From: Amoebidium appalachense
Taxonomy: Eukaryota > Protista > Ichthyosporea
DNA: 64,000 bases
Direction of reading: 5' to 3'
Assembly (NCBI GenBank): GCA_963693365.1
Contig: CAVNZM010000004.1
Location: 11,498,468-11,562,467 of the forward strand
Part shown: positions 1 to 30,092 of the stretch, piece after piece
How the letters are laid out: the number at the start of each line of letters is the position of its first letter
How positions within the stretch are numbered: position 1 is the stretch's first letter
The notes under the pieces: model-generated
The model's database searches: none
Seen by the model: the letters and a program-made list of their open reading frames with translations, nothing else
What the model was told of the DNA's origin: nothing
Program-made: the position numbers and the translations under genes

Positions 1-1903
1 ACACACACACACACACACACACACACACCATGACACACACACACACCACACACACAAGCACAGCGCTGCACGTGCACAGACACTTTCCACCCCTTCGTGC
101 TGGTGCTTTTCTTCTGCCGAATGCATCCTCTTTGTGTGCTCTTTGCAAGGTCTGCTTCGTGTTGTCCGCGGCAAATGTGTACTGTCAATATGCTCTTTAC
201 ATAACATTTTCTAACGACCCCCCCACCCCCCCCGGCCCCTGGCCTTACCGCTCCCGCTCCTCTCAGATCCTCCCCCCCCTCCCCCCCCCCCTCCCCCTTC
301 CCCCCCCCCCCCCCCTTCCTCTGAGTCACCCTGCTCATTTACACAGGTAAAATATACATTAATGCACGTGCACACATGCGGCCAACTATTTTTAAAATAT
401 GAATTGTTGGGGGCAAGGATATCGTGCTGACCATCGTGCAGTGCTCATGTGCGTATCTGTGTGGCGGAGAATGTATGTGTGTGTGGTGTGGGTTTGCATA
501 TCCACATGTTCAACGTGTATGTCGGGTGATCATCGTTGGTTAAAGTTTGTGCACCTCGTGTGCGTGTGTGGTTCATGCCTGTGCAGGTACGGATGAACTA
601 AATACGTGTGAAAGCGTGCGCGCGCCTGCGCAGTGGGTGCGGGGGGGGAAATGGAGACAAGTGTGAGAATAGGGAGCAGGGGGCGGGGGGGGAGGGGGGA
701 GGGGGAACAGGGGGGCCGGGGGAGGGGGAGAGGGGGAAGGGGGACCCTGGGTCGTGGGGAGGGGGGGGGGGGGGGAGGGGGGAGGAGAACGAATTTCAGC
801 ATATAGCCTGAGTTTCAGGTGATCAAGGACTCCTATTAGTTAGCCTCTATGTTTACGTTTTGGCAATGTATGTAAACCGCTGTTAAACTATAGTGCTATT
901 ATATGATCAGGTTATCTGATATACATAGTCACATGATGGCAGCATATGGGGTGGGTTCCCCCCCTCCCCCCTCCCCCCCCCCCCCCCCCTCCCCCCCTCC
1001 CCCTTGGAGGCACCCACCTACTCAGGTGGGTGGTGGGTCCCTTCCCCCTCCCACCCACCTCCCTCCCCCTGCTAGCTGGAGGGGTGGGTGGATCGGGGCC
1101 CCCCAAAAAAATTACTACTACCCCTCTGAGGCTCCCCGTGTCAGAATCAAGAATCCCTAACAGGATGTGGTTTTGTACGTGGCGTGTGGCTACGGTGTAG
1201 TAGTCTATTAATCGGATCTTGCACGCCGTCAGCCGTGTGGGTCTGTATGTGTGTCTGCAGTGGGGACATGCTGGCTGCGTGTGTGTGGCCTGTGTATGTG
1301 CGTGCGTGCGTGCGTGTGTGTGTGTGTTTGTGTTGGGGCTCGGTGGGGTGTGGCTGTGCATCTGTGGCGGGATTTTTATGTGTGCACATGTATCTGATGC
1401 TGTGTGTGAAGTTTGCATTGAACCTCATGTCTAGCTGCATGTGTGCATGCATGTGTGTGACTGCATGTGTGTATGCACGTGTGACTGCACGTGTGTTTGC
1501 ATGTGTGGCTGCTGAGTGTTGTACCTGAGAGCATTGCCTCGCCATTGACGGGACCATTGAGCTAGTAAAGCACTAGGAAGTCCCACTATGCTATCGGCTA
1601 GAGACCGATTCTCACGGGCTATGGAGCAAACATATAGCAATAAGGGTTTTGTGTATGCGGGCGCCTTTTGCGTTAAATGTATTAGAGATGCGTGTTTTGT
1701 GTTGTGCGTGTAAAAATCGGTCCATGCGTGTGTGGAGGAGGGGAGCGTCGTGGGGTTTGGGGTGAGGGGGGAGTGTGGTGCGCATGCATTAGAGAGATAT
1801 TGGTTGGGTTGGGGAACAAGTGGAGGTCAGGAGAGCGTTGGATTGAGAATAGGTGACGGAAAGTGGGTGGTTGGGTGCACTGTGTTAAAAGCATATGTGA
1901 AAG

Positions 1904-2513
<610 letters not shown>

Positions 2514-2811
2514 GTGAAAGCGTAGTGCGAGTGTGTTCATGCGATTTGTGGGTTGTGGAAGTGCAAAGATGGAATCAAGTAAACGATGAGGGAAGCGGGC
2601 ACCACTACCACCTAAAAAAATGTTAACATCACTATACCGAAAAGAAATTAAAGGCTTAAGGGCTTTTAGTATACAACGGCAGGGGCCAGGACTAAAAGAG
2701 GCAGGCCATATGTCCACACAATGGACGAACAAATACATACTGGCCGATTAGCGGGGTCGGTGACCCACACGGCTGCACGCCAGTCAGCCAGTGCAGGGCT
2801 TGTCGCGCGCC

Positions 2812-2998
2812 TAGTCACTCTGAGTGCTGTCTTCACTGCGGACTTTTTTTTTTTTTTTTTTTCCTTTTTTTTTTTTTTTTTGTCGCGGTGGCTACGGTAG
2901 TGCCCAGCCACTACGTAAGCCAGTGGGTACATAGTATGTGGGTACATAGTATGTAGCGTTGAGAGGCCGCAGGGAGACAGCACTCAGCTGACTGACTA
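2812..2998. mobile_element. Possible MITE / fold-back with ~30-bp imperfect inverted arms
   Basis: AGTCACTCTGAGTGCTGTCTTCACTGCGGAC (2813-2843) versus GGCCGCAGGGAGACAGCACTCAGCTGACT (2965-2993); outer ends TAGTCA..TGACTA; internal T-run and a 15-bp duplication. Confidence 0.5.
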
Positions 2999-3440
2999 CT
3001 CACATGTGACTCGTCTCCCAACTTCCCAAGCAGCCAAGCTTGCACATCACAGAACGTTGATGGCCAGACAGCAGCAGACAGCAGCAGCCTGCAGTGCAGG
3101 CAGGGAAACCAGGGGGATGTTCCCGCATTGTTCCGCATGAAAATAGCCAATAGGAATCTTGCGCTCTTCCTATTAGTTGCAAAGTATTCTCAGACGCCAA
3201 TCGGATCACGGCAATAGGTCAAATAGATCTACATTCTACAGCAGCTGCAGCCGCAAGTTTGAAGACGACAGGAACACTACTAATTACTGTAGGTGGCCAC
3301 CACGGAGCTCAAAATGGGCCACGTCACAGTGTTCTAATAGCCTACACACGCGTACGCGTATGTGCCGCGGCGGACATCATTAGGGGCGGGGGGAGGGGGG
3401 GAGGGGGGGGGGGGGGGGGGGGGGAAAGGGCCGGGCGGCG

Positions 3441-3475
<35 letters not shown>

Positions 3476-4536
3476 GGAAGGGGGGAAGAACGATGCGAGC
3501 TCATGATGATGTGTCCGACTCGGCACCATGACCAAGGCCAACAGTACTTCCACCCTAACAAGACACACATGCAGAAAACGAAATACGTGGAGATATAACG
3601 TCCAAGATATATATCATTTGTGAGGACACAACGGGTTTACTTTTTTTTTACCGTTGACGATTTGCATGTACGTCTGATACGCGCGCACGTACACAGCGCA
3701 GCGTGTTTCGGACGGTGTGATTGGGTCAAAATCATATATGTATGGTATTTGTACCCAACCTGGTCCCGCGGCTATTCGACTTTGGAATAAGGCAGTAGGC
3801 TAATAATTTTTGACTGGAAGAAGCCGCACTATCGCTGTACATAGTGTTTCTGGAAAAAAAAGGGGGCCAAAAGCAGGGCGGAGGGTGAACTCGAGCTGAC
3901 TCGAGGTCGGTGTCTGCGATTGTGCAGTGTAGGGGGAGTATGGCACAGATCTGAAGGTTTGGGGAGATTTAAGAGAACAAACTACTTACGCGTACGGACT
4001 AATGTATTCACTAATATCAGCACTATATATACACGTGGCCAAAGTCCTTTCTTTCCCTTCGACGTTGGTTTGTGAAAGTGAAAGAAAACACCATGTCATA
4101 ACTAAATGCATTACTTCAATCAACGGCTTGTCCCGCTTGAAGCCCCTAGGCCCTTCTGGAAGCACTGATATTACATTACATAGAAGCTGAACTTCCGCAA
4201 GGTGCAAAATTTTCTGCTGATGTCACTGCATAAAACTGACCTTGGCAGCATGTGTGAATAAAAAGTCCGAGTAAGCCGTACGACTGTTTGCATAATATTA
4301 TAATGGACTCCCAGTTTCCATCGTGAATATTGAGTTCCCTCCTTCCCTCCGCACAGAGGGGTTCTCTACGTGAGTTATTGACACCTCGGGGTATGTATTC
4401 CTTTCTCTCTCTTTCCCTTCTTCTCCCTCCCTCCCTCCCTCCCTCCCTCCCTCCCTCCCCCCCCCCCCCCCCAAAAAAAAAACAAAAACAAAAAAACACA
4501 CACGCTCGCCCTTCGATTACACACGCACACACGCAC

Positions 4537-4602
<66 letters not shown>

Positions 4603-4622
4603 ATACACACACACACATGTAA

Positions 4623-4776
<154 letters not shown>

Positions 4777-5348
4777 TTTTGAATAAGGGACGGGCCTATA
4801 GCCAAGATGCTATGAAACGGTAAACACCCCTGTTCGTTTGTATTGTTCTCAGCACTATTTGCTTGGATAAAAGCTGGGATTTGGTGGGCTCCTTGTAACC
4901 AGTGCACGTCACTGGGCAAGAACAAACTGCAACTTGGAGAAGGATGCAATTATTATTAAATCGACAGATGAAATTTTTGAGAAAATTTTTCAAAAAACTC
5001 ATACAGTATGTTCGAAAAACACCTATTCAAGGTGTGTAAATGTGATATCCAATGCACAACTGTCCATATAAGTGTGTCCTTTTTCTTGGTGGCGGTCAGC
5101 AAAAGGCTAACTAACTGGCCTTCGATAGTCATCAAAACCTAGAGCTCGGGTGCCTAATGGTATATACATACACCGGTACCACCAGGGAAAGTTTTCGCAG
5201 TTTAATGGTTGGATTCGCATATGTCTAGTTACTACTGTCACACATTTTTATGTCTGGCGCGATGCTGCTTCATTTCCTCTGTCGATTTCTTGCCGGTTAT
5301 CTTCACCCCTGCACCCCAGCAAAAACTCAACCACATTGAACACAGAAA

Positions 5349-22531
<17,183 letters not shown>

Positions 22532-23705
22532 TGAGAATTAATGCCGGTTATAACGGTGTAATGTAATATGCAATTAAAGGAATAGCCCGATGTTCCGGTG
22601 TAATGTAATAAGGATTTTGGGGATTAGCCCATGTGTAATACAGTGGATGCCCCATCCAATAGCATGACTCGCCGCGTTTCTCATCGAATCTCGTTTTTTC
22701 CAAATATTTTTCGTTTCGGTTCTGACGTGGACCGTTCATATGTTTTTGATATAAACCGTATAGACCTTTTTTTAGGTTTTTTCCCGCTTTGGGGCGGGAC
22801 TTTTGTTTCAACAACATCTAGTATAGATGTAACTAAGGTCTATGTACCATCATTAATTCACGAGGCATGCACTTGCCTGGGGGCATGTCCAGTCACATTT
22901 CTGAGTAATTACGGTAATCATTAGTTGTCAACAAGGCAATACGGTCATGTACACCCCCTCCAACCTTCCCCCCCCCCCCCCCCCCTCCCCCCCCCCCAAA
23001 AAAAAAGAAAAGAAAGAAAGAAAGAAAGAAAAAGAAAGAAAAAGGAAGACAAAGAAAAAAGAAAGGAAAAACCCACCCCCTACCCCCATTCCTCTGCCCC
23101 GGTTGAGGGGGGTCTCCGCCCATCCTTTCCCTATCTAACTTCCTTGATTGATTACCGTCATATCCTCTCTACCACTAGTTAGACAACTTAAGTCTTGGCT
23201 CGTGACACGTGGAATGGAGGGGGGGCGTATCAGTAAGGGGGTGGATGGGTGTTTGCGGGGCGGGGGGGGGGGGGGGGGAGGGGATTTGTAATTCCTTCCA
23301 TATAATGAAATGTTTGAAATCATACAGTAATGGCGATTTATTTGAACGAACAGATCTCTATAGAGCATACAGAACAACATGTAGAAGCCATCTCTAATCT
23401 ACTTGGATAAATTTCACTTCCTATATACGGCATAATATTTCAATGAAGCACAGCCACTGAACAAAGTCTATACACGGCCTAATTTGGGAATTTCTAGCAT
23501 AGCAAATGCATATTTACATTGTGAATTATACTTTTATGCGTCATCAAAAACTGACTTTACATTTTGATCTTGGTACTCCTTGCCAGTAGATTCTCGTAGG
23601 CAAGGCAACCCCAAGCCACTATGACACATATCCCATGTGCCACAAGAACACATGCCACGCTCGAGGATATCATGAAAACTATATTTACACGTTGTAATTT
23701 CGAGC

Positions 23706-26273
23706 CTACTCACTATCATTCAGATACTGCAGGTATTTGTGCCAGAAGGAAGGAACACCGATCCACGGATCGTTGACCAATTTGCGATCTGTTGCGTAGA
23801 AATACCGGAAATTGCTGTTTTGTGCGGTTTTCGCCTCCCGACGGGCAAACACCCAGCTACCCCTGTAGATGGAGAGGGTGGTTAAGCTACTATAAGTGCT
23901 AATGGCACCTTAGAGTGTGTGAGGTGCACTTGCCCACAAAAAATATGAACTCGTATTCGTGGATTATTCAGTAACCCACACCCACGAATACCTTCTGAAT
24001 ATCTCAGCAATGGTATTTCGAGTTCTTTCCTCGTTCCAGATTCATCATGGGTTAGGACATCCTCGTTCAATAGATTTTTCGGCATTTTATTTGATTGACT
24101 CAAAATGCCCTATTCCCTGGTGTAGAACGCAAACAGACCCACCAAGCATGTTTTTTAGTATCTTGTGCCTTGAGTCTACATCTTTTTGTACCGTTTTGCT
24201 ATGTTTTGTCTGTAGCACGTGTTTTATTAGCGTATTTGTTCTATAATAACAGTCTGTTCCAAGGAAATGGGAGAAAAAACATGCCCACGGTTGGGGGCAG
24301 ATAACTTAAGAGAAGGCCCACGAGAGGTATGAAGGTCATTTAGTGTGTGTTGGAGCCCCGAGGGTGCGGAAAGTATGTGTGAGAGAGTTTATCTACTGGC
24401 AGGCTCTCGTGCAAAACGCCTTGCCCTTTTCTGGTGTACGATGTGTGTGTTTGGGTTAAGAGAGGGGTAGGATGAGAGGGTTGGGGGTGGGGGGGGGGGG
24501 GGGGGGAAAGGGGGCTACATACGAATGGATAACGGCAGCAACTGTGATCTCACCACTCTCCACAGCCGCCTTGAAATCTTCCACGTGGTCTAGTTCGGGC
24601 ACAGCCTGGCCAATAGAATGCTAGTGTTAGATTCGTCGCCCATCGATTCCAAAGGTTAAAAGGTAGAATTTTGCTGTAAGCCGTCTTAATAGAAAGTGAC
24701 AGTGGCATTTTGGGAACCAATGAGATTAGAAGGCAAGCATTACAAGGTAAAAGGGAGAATGAGAGTGAAGAGGGCGGGGAGGGCAGGGGAGACGGGAGGA
24801 TGGCGGGGAGGGTGGGGGGGAGGATTGGGGGGAGGGGGGGGGGGGGGGGGGGGGGAACGGGAGGATGGGGGGAAGGGAGGGGAGGTGGGGAGGAGGGGGG
24901 AGGTTGGGTGGGGGGCACAGAGAGGTGAAAGAAGAGGGACTGCGATACTACTACATTGTGTAACAATGCCACAACTGTTACAGTGCCCATTAGAAATCAT
25001 GCCCAATCATGCCCACCCATCATAATACACGTACCGGACACCACGGGCCGGGCCCCCATGTGCCGTGTTCGGTGTTCCACTGCACCTTACGGCAGTTGTC
25101 GCCTGGTGGGTTTTAATATCATGAGTCATTCATTTATTGAGGAAACGGAGGGGGGGGAAGGTGGGGGGGGGGGGGGGGGGGGGGAAGGGGGGGAGGAAGG
25201 GGGGCGGGGGGGGGGGGGGGGGGAGGGGGGAGGATTCGGAGGAGGGGATTGGGTGGGTCGGGATTGTGGTGTGGGGAAATGGAATTCAGGTGGTGAGCAA
25301 CCCTTTGTTTTTGATATCTGGATAAATGGTTAGTTCCCCTCTCTAGTAAAATGTGTATGTGTGTATTTGGGGTATCATTTGCCAGCCGGGGTGCATACTT
25401 TCGAAATAAGTGCTAAACCCCGGGGGAGGAGGATGTTTAAAAAAAGAGGATGGAGTGTGTGTGTGTGTGTGTTTGGAGGGGGGGGGGGGGGGAAGGGGGG
25501 AGGGGGGAGGGGGGGGGGGTGGGTGGGTAGGGGGGGGGGGGGGGGGGATCCGACAAAATCTTTACCTGGAGGCCGCCAGACGCGAGCGTAGTCTTCAAAG
25601 GGGATGGAGATGTCACCGGGAGAGGGGAACCCCTTAGCTGGCCTCAGTAGGTCCAGGTGCACAAATGAGCCAGGGTTAAGAACAGTGATGGCACCGGGTA
25701 GCTTTTGCTTCACATAGTTAATCAGCTGCAGGGGAGGGGGGGAGGGGGCGGGGATGGGAGGGGGGGGGGGGGAGGGAGGGGGGTGGGGGAGGGGAGGGGG
25801 GGGGGGGGGGAGGGGGCGAGAAGGGGGGGAGGTGGAGGGGGGGGGGGGGGGGGGGGGGTTAAAGGGGTGGAAGGGCACTGGTGAAGCGAGCAGTAAGAGG
25901 GGGGGGGGGGGGGGGGGGAAGGGGGGAGTGGGGCAAGGGGCCGAGGGGGGAAAGAGAGGGTAGGGAGGGAGGGCGAGGGGGAAAGGGGGGGGGGGGGGGG
26001 GGAGGGGGGGGGGGGGGAGGTGGCGGAATGAGGGGTCAGAGCTTGAGCTAATATTATATGCTGAACCCACCTGCGCAAGAGCACAAAAAGAACAAGTGTG
26101 TAAGACTACGGTTGGGTGTTGTAATGTGCACCCAATGCATACACAGGTGGATGTACACAGGCAAGCACGTGTGGACAGGCACGCATGCACAAACGTGCTG
26201 TACGCACACACACACACACACAGCGTGCACAGACACTGAGCAAAAGACACACAAACACAAACGTGCGCAATGA

Positions 26274-26304
<31 letters not shown>

Positions 26305-27945
26305 TTTTCTGTAGTGGGCGATATGATTTGCGCCAAATCTATTTGTGGTGGTCTCCCAGTAGTTGGAGGTGTCATCGAGAAAGATGCCGTTAAAGTTCGG
26401 CACATCACCATAGTGGTCCACCCAGTTGTTGACCTCCCGCTTAAAGTCACCTATGGGTCTGTGTCATTTGGTTGGTTAGATTTCAAGCAATGTTTCTAAC
26501 TTAATATTGCTACACCGTGAAACTCATTCCCATGCATCTACTCTGGAAAAAAACGAGGTTGATTGCAGCTTCCGTTTCATCTGTCAAAGAAAAACTTGAT
26601 GTTTCTCTTGTCAGGCTCCATTTCTCCTCTTGGTATTCAAGAGAGTATGATGCTTTGGATGAAATCGTTGAATGCGATTTGGGTAATTCACCTTGCGAGA
26701 AATAGGCAGGTGTGGGTAGATAGGGAGGTGCGTGGAGCGGAGACCAAACTGGGCCATAAACAGCTATATCTCGATATGTGTCAGTTGGAAATTCTAATAC
26801 ATTTCCTTCTTCATGCTTTGGGATGTCCTAAAAATCTACTGTTTTGGTTCCAAGAAAAAGCCTACCTGAGGCCAGATGTGGTCCACACACCCGTGTCCGG
26901 GTCCATTTTTGCGATTTTCGTAAACACGTAAGCAACCATCTGCACTCCATTCTCCCCAAGCATCTTCATGCATGCCTGGGAAGGGGACAAGGGGGTGGGT
27001 GAGCGGGGGGTCGGGTATTGAGGGGAGAGAGGGGGGGAGGGAGGGGGGGGGGGGGGGAGGCTGTCTCAGAGGAGGCAGTACGGGCAAAAGGGAGGGGGGC
27101 CAATTTAAAGGGATAGCAGAACGAATCTGTAGGACTAAAAATTTCCAACCATAAAGATAAAAGAAGAATCGGCTACATGAGGACAGTTGCACGAGAGGGC
27201 GATGGAGAAGAGCAGAAGGCAGAGGAAAGCGGGTGTTGTGTTTGCAGGTATTTAAGGGGCGGCTTTGGACAGTGGACAGGTTTTTGTGCTTCAGCACGTA
27301 TCCGGGATGTGGTGTGTGGGGAGAGAGCATGGAGGAGAAGAAGAGTCACCTAGTGGCCAAGGTTACCGGGAACGTTGGATTTGTCAATGGGCGAACGGTT
27401 GTGGCAAACATGCAGTCACGCAAACAGATGCCCATTTTTCGTACATAGAGCAAAACACACTAAGTAAAGTATTATGCGGCAATCCAAACATACCTTCAAC
27501 CCCTCAGACTTTTTCGTTCCCCAAGGAACAGTTCCATCTCCAGGATTCACCACCGCCAACACTGACCGGCACCCCTTAGCCACCTCAAGGAAGTAATCAT
27601 CGGTGCATTCACCCGTGGCAGGGTCATACTCTATGTCCCAGTGGTGGTAGAGGGGAAACATAACGCTAGGGAGATTTGTAGGAGGGTTTGGATGTGTGTA
27701 GATGCATTCAGGCTGACTACGGCGAGTGCGTTCGGCACCAGAAATACCGGATTCTTTGTTGGTTGAAATCTGCTCGAGGGAACGACGGCGGGATGATGGT
27801 GAAGACTCGGTGCTGGGAGAGACTAGCCCCTTTGCTGCTAGATCGACGGTACGAAGGCTGTAGAGATATCATTGTGTTTAATACAAACAGCCCATTACAC
27901 ATGTTATCACCCCTCAACCCCTTCTCCCCCCCCCCCCCCCCCCCG

Positions 27946-27980
<35 letters not shown>

Positions 27981-28804
27981 TTGATAAACGGGAGAGATTA
28001 ACAGTAGGTAGCATAAAGTAAAGACAGGTATTGGCCGAAGATAATCGAAGCTGTGCCTTTGGAAAGGACAAGCTGAGTCCTGAATTAGACCCCGGACAGT
28101 ACACGTTTGCCCTTGATCAACCGTGAACTGGTATCAGACTACATATCAGACCTACAGACAAAGGGTCTCAGGTCAAGAAATAACCGAAGACCATTAAAAA
28201 AATGCAATACATAAACTACAACAGGGAGGCAATCTCATTCTTTGCAGCTAACAACAGTGAAGAGGGGGGGGGGGGGGGGGGGGAGGGGGGGGGAAGAGAG
28301 AGAGAGAGAGAAGCTGGAAGGGAAGGGGGAGTGGGGAATCGAGGGAGGAGGGGCCAGGTATAGGGGGGTAGGTCTCGCTGAAGAACACTGCACTCTTTTG
28401 TGTGGTACTTACATGCAGCCAAAGGGTGCCAGGTCAACATAGTTGCAGCCGGGTGATGCATGGCATTCACGGATGCAGTCCTGGAGAGTTATGTTGCTGC
28501 TGGTACCTGCTCAGATACACTTTGAAATCGTACTGTACATCTATGATGAATAAAGGCGTGCAGAGTAATGTAAGGATGAAGGCCTTTATCCTAGCGCTGG
28601 TGGGGTGCACTGGCACGGGAGGGGAGAGAGAGAGGGGTTGGTTTCTACCGTTGATGCATCATGATGATTGTGAGTCAGATCGTAAGGAGCTCAAACAAAC
28701 GTCAACATACCAATGGTGGGGGCTGCAGCAACAGACTGAAGGTGGGCAGCCAGTACGCCAAGTAGAAGCGAGCTCCGAAGACTGTGGGCAGGTGGGGTGG
28801 CCAT
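23706..28804 (-). CDS. Secreted spherulin-4 / GH135 (Sph3-like) glycoside hydrolase paralog A with N-terminal PAN/apple-like Cys module (9 exons, ~427 aa)
   Basis: Exons 28804-28711, 28506-28413, 27857-27494, 26975-26866, 26458-26305, 25725-25566, 25102-25035, 24605-24523, 23862-23706 (1284 nt, open). Signal-peptide-like start MATPPAHSLRSSLLLGVLAAHLQSVAA with an in-frame upstream stop. Motifs LQDCIRECHASPGCNY, VMFPLY, AVVNPGDG, GVQMVAYV, GIFLDD, VLNPGS, IPFEDY, YFYATD, DPWIGVPSFW. Confidence 0.85.
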
Positions 28805-29095
28805 GGCTGATGTCGTTTTTGTTGAGTACTAGTGGCTCGGTGTTTTTGATGGCTGGTACACACCTGAGAACAGAGTGCCAGGACAAAACAAACAAAATGA
28901 TCAACTTGATTCAAATGTTTTGTGTCAAAACCTGCAGTCTACTACTGTTGTATTGTTTGCCTCAAACGACGCCCAGTGTTTCAGGCGTTCATATGGGAAA
29001 TGGATCCACGTCTGCATAGCTACTCTGCATGAGGCAGGTGAAGGTGTGGCAGATGACAGGTGACATGTTGGAACTTCTGAGCCAATGCCCCGGAG

Positions 29096-29103
29096 TATTT
29101 ATA
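29096..29103 (-). promoter_or_regulatory. Candidate TATA box (TATAAATA) for GH135 paralog A
   Basis: About 300 bp upstream of the ATG at 28804, compatible with a short 5' UTR exon and a GT-AG UTR intron at ~28864-28932. Confidence 0.35.
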
Positions 29104-30049
29104 CTCTCCATAGATGTCCGTGCACAAGATTGATTGAGCAGTGTGCGCGGCTGCGCGGGTCGCCAGGATCTTATAATGGATGGCCCGGGTGCTCGAATTT
29201 TTGATGTATTTGGTAGTTATTGATATTTATATATTGTCCTGGGCAAGCCTTTTTCTTTTTCCCCCACTTGTAATGAAATTGTGAGATAAAAAAGTACGTT
29301 GTTGGCTGTTATCAACTGTTCACCACTTCACGAATCTAGATAGCTGGTTCAAAACCGTTGCTATCAGTCACAGTTCCGGCTGTAGTTATTTGCCAATCAA
29401 ATCTAGCTGACATATAGCTACCAATCATCATCTCAAATATTCTGGATATATTTAGATAGTTACGCAAAGCAACTACTGAAGGATGACAAAAACTTTCGCC
29501 GCGAGACTCACTTTTAGCTATCACCAGTGCTGCAGTACTGTACTGCAAGCCAGTTTTCAAATTTATCTGCCTCAAATTAACGTAAATCGAAGCATGATTA
29601 TGGCTTTTTTCCTACTCTCACGCTCAACATAACACCAGCACTTCAATAACCTACCGATGCCAGCATACAACGCATGTGATTTGATTCTGCCACAATCCCA
29701 TGGTATGTGTTGGCAGTATGTGTGCCTACGGTAGCTATAGTAGGGCATGTAGGGCCGTGGCTCGGTGACGCCGTGCATGATGTTTCTGCTGGCCAGCTCT
29801 GATAGTTATCAGTGTGGACCACGCAGTACAAACTGTGCCGTGCTTTGGCGTTTCCACACGGCAAAACTTAATCATTCACCGACGCCACTTATGCGTTACT
29901 CCAATATTATCCGTCGTGGTAGCCTGTATGATGACGTTGGGAATACTACTGAGGCTTACTACCGGTCCGTAACCGGCTGTTTAATCGAAAATACATGTGT
30001 GTTCTTTAATAACTGTGTAGTAAGTATTAGCCAGTCACCAATTTGGACG

Positions 30050-30092
<43 letters not shown>

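Noticed and set aside
26500-26830. Coding-like AT-rich stretch in paralog A intron 4
   Set aside because: Stops interrupt the candidate frames and no transposase or RT motif is recognisable.
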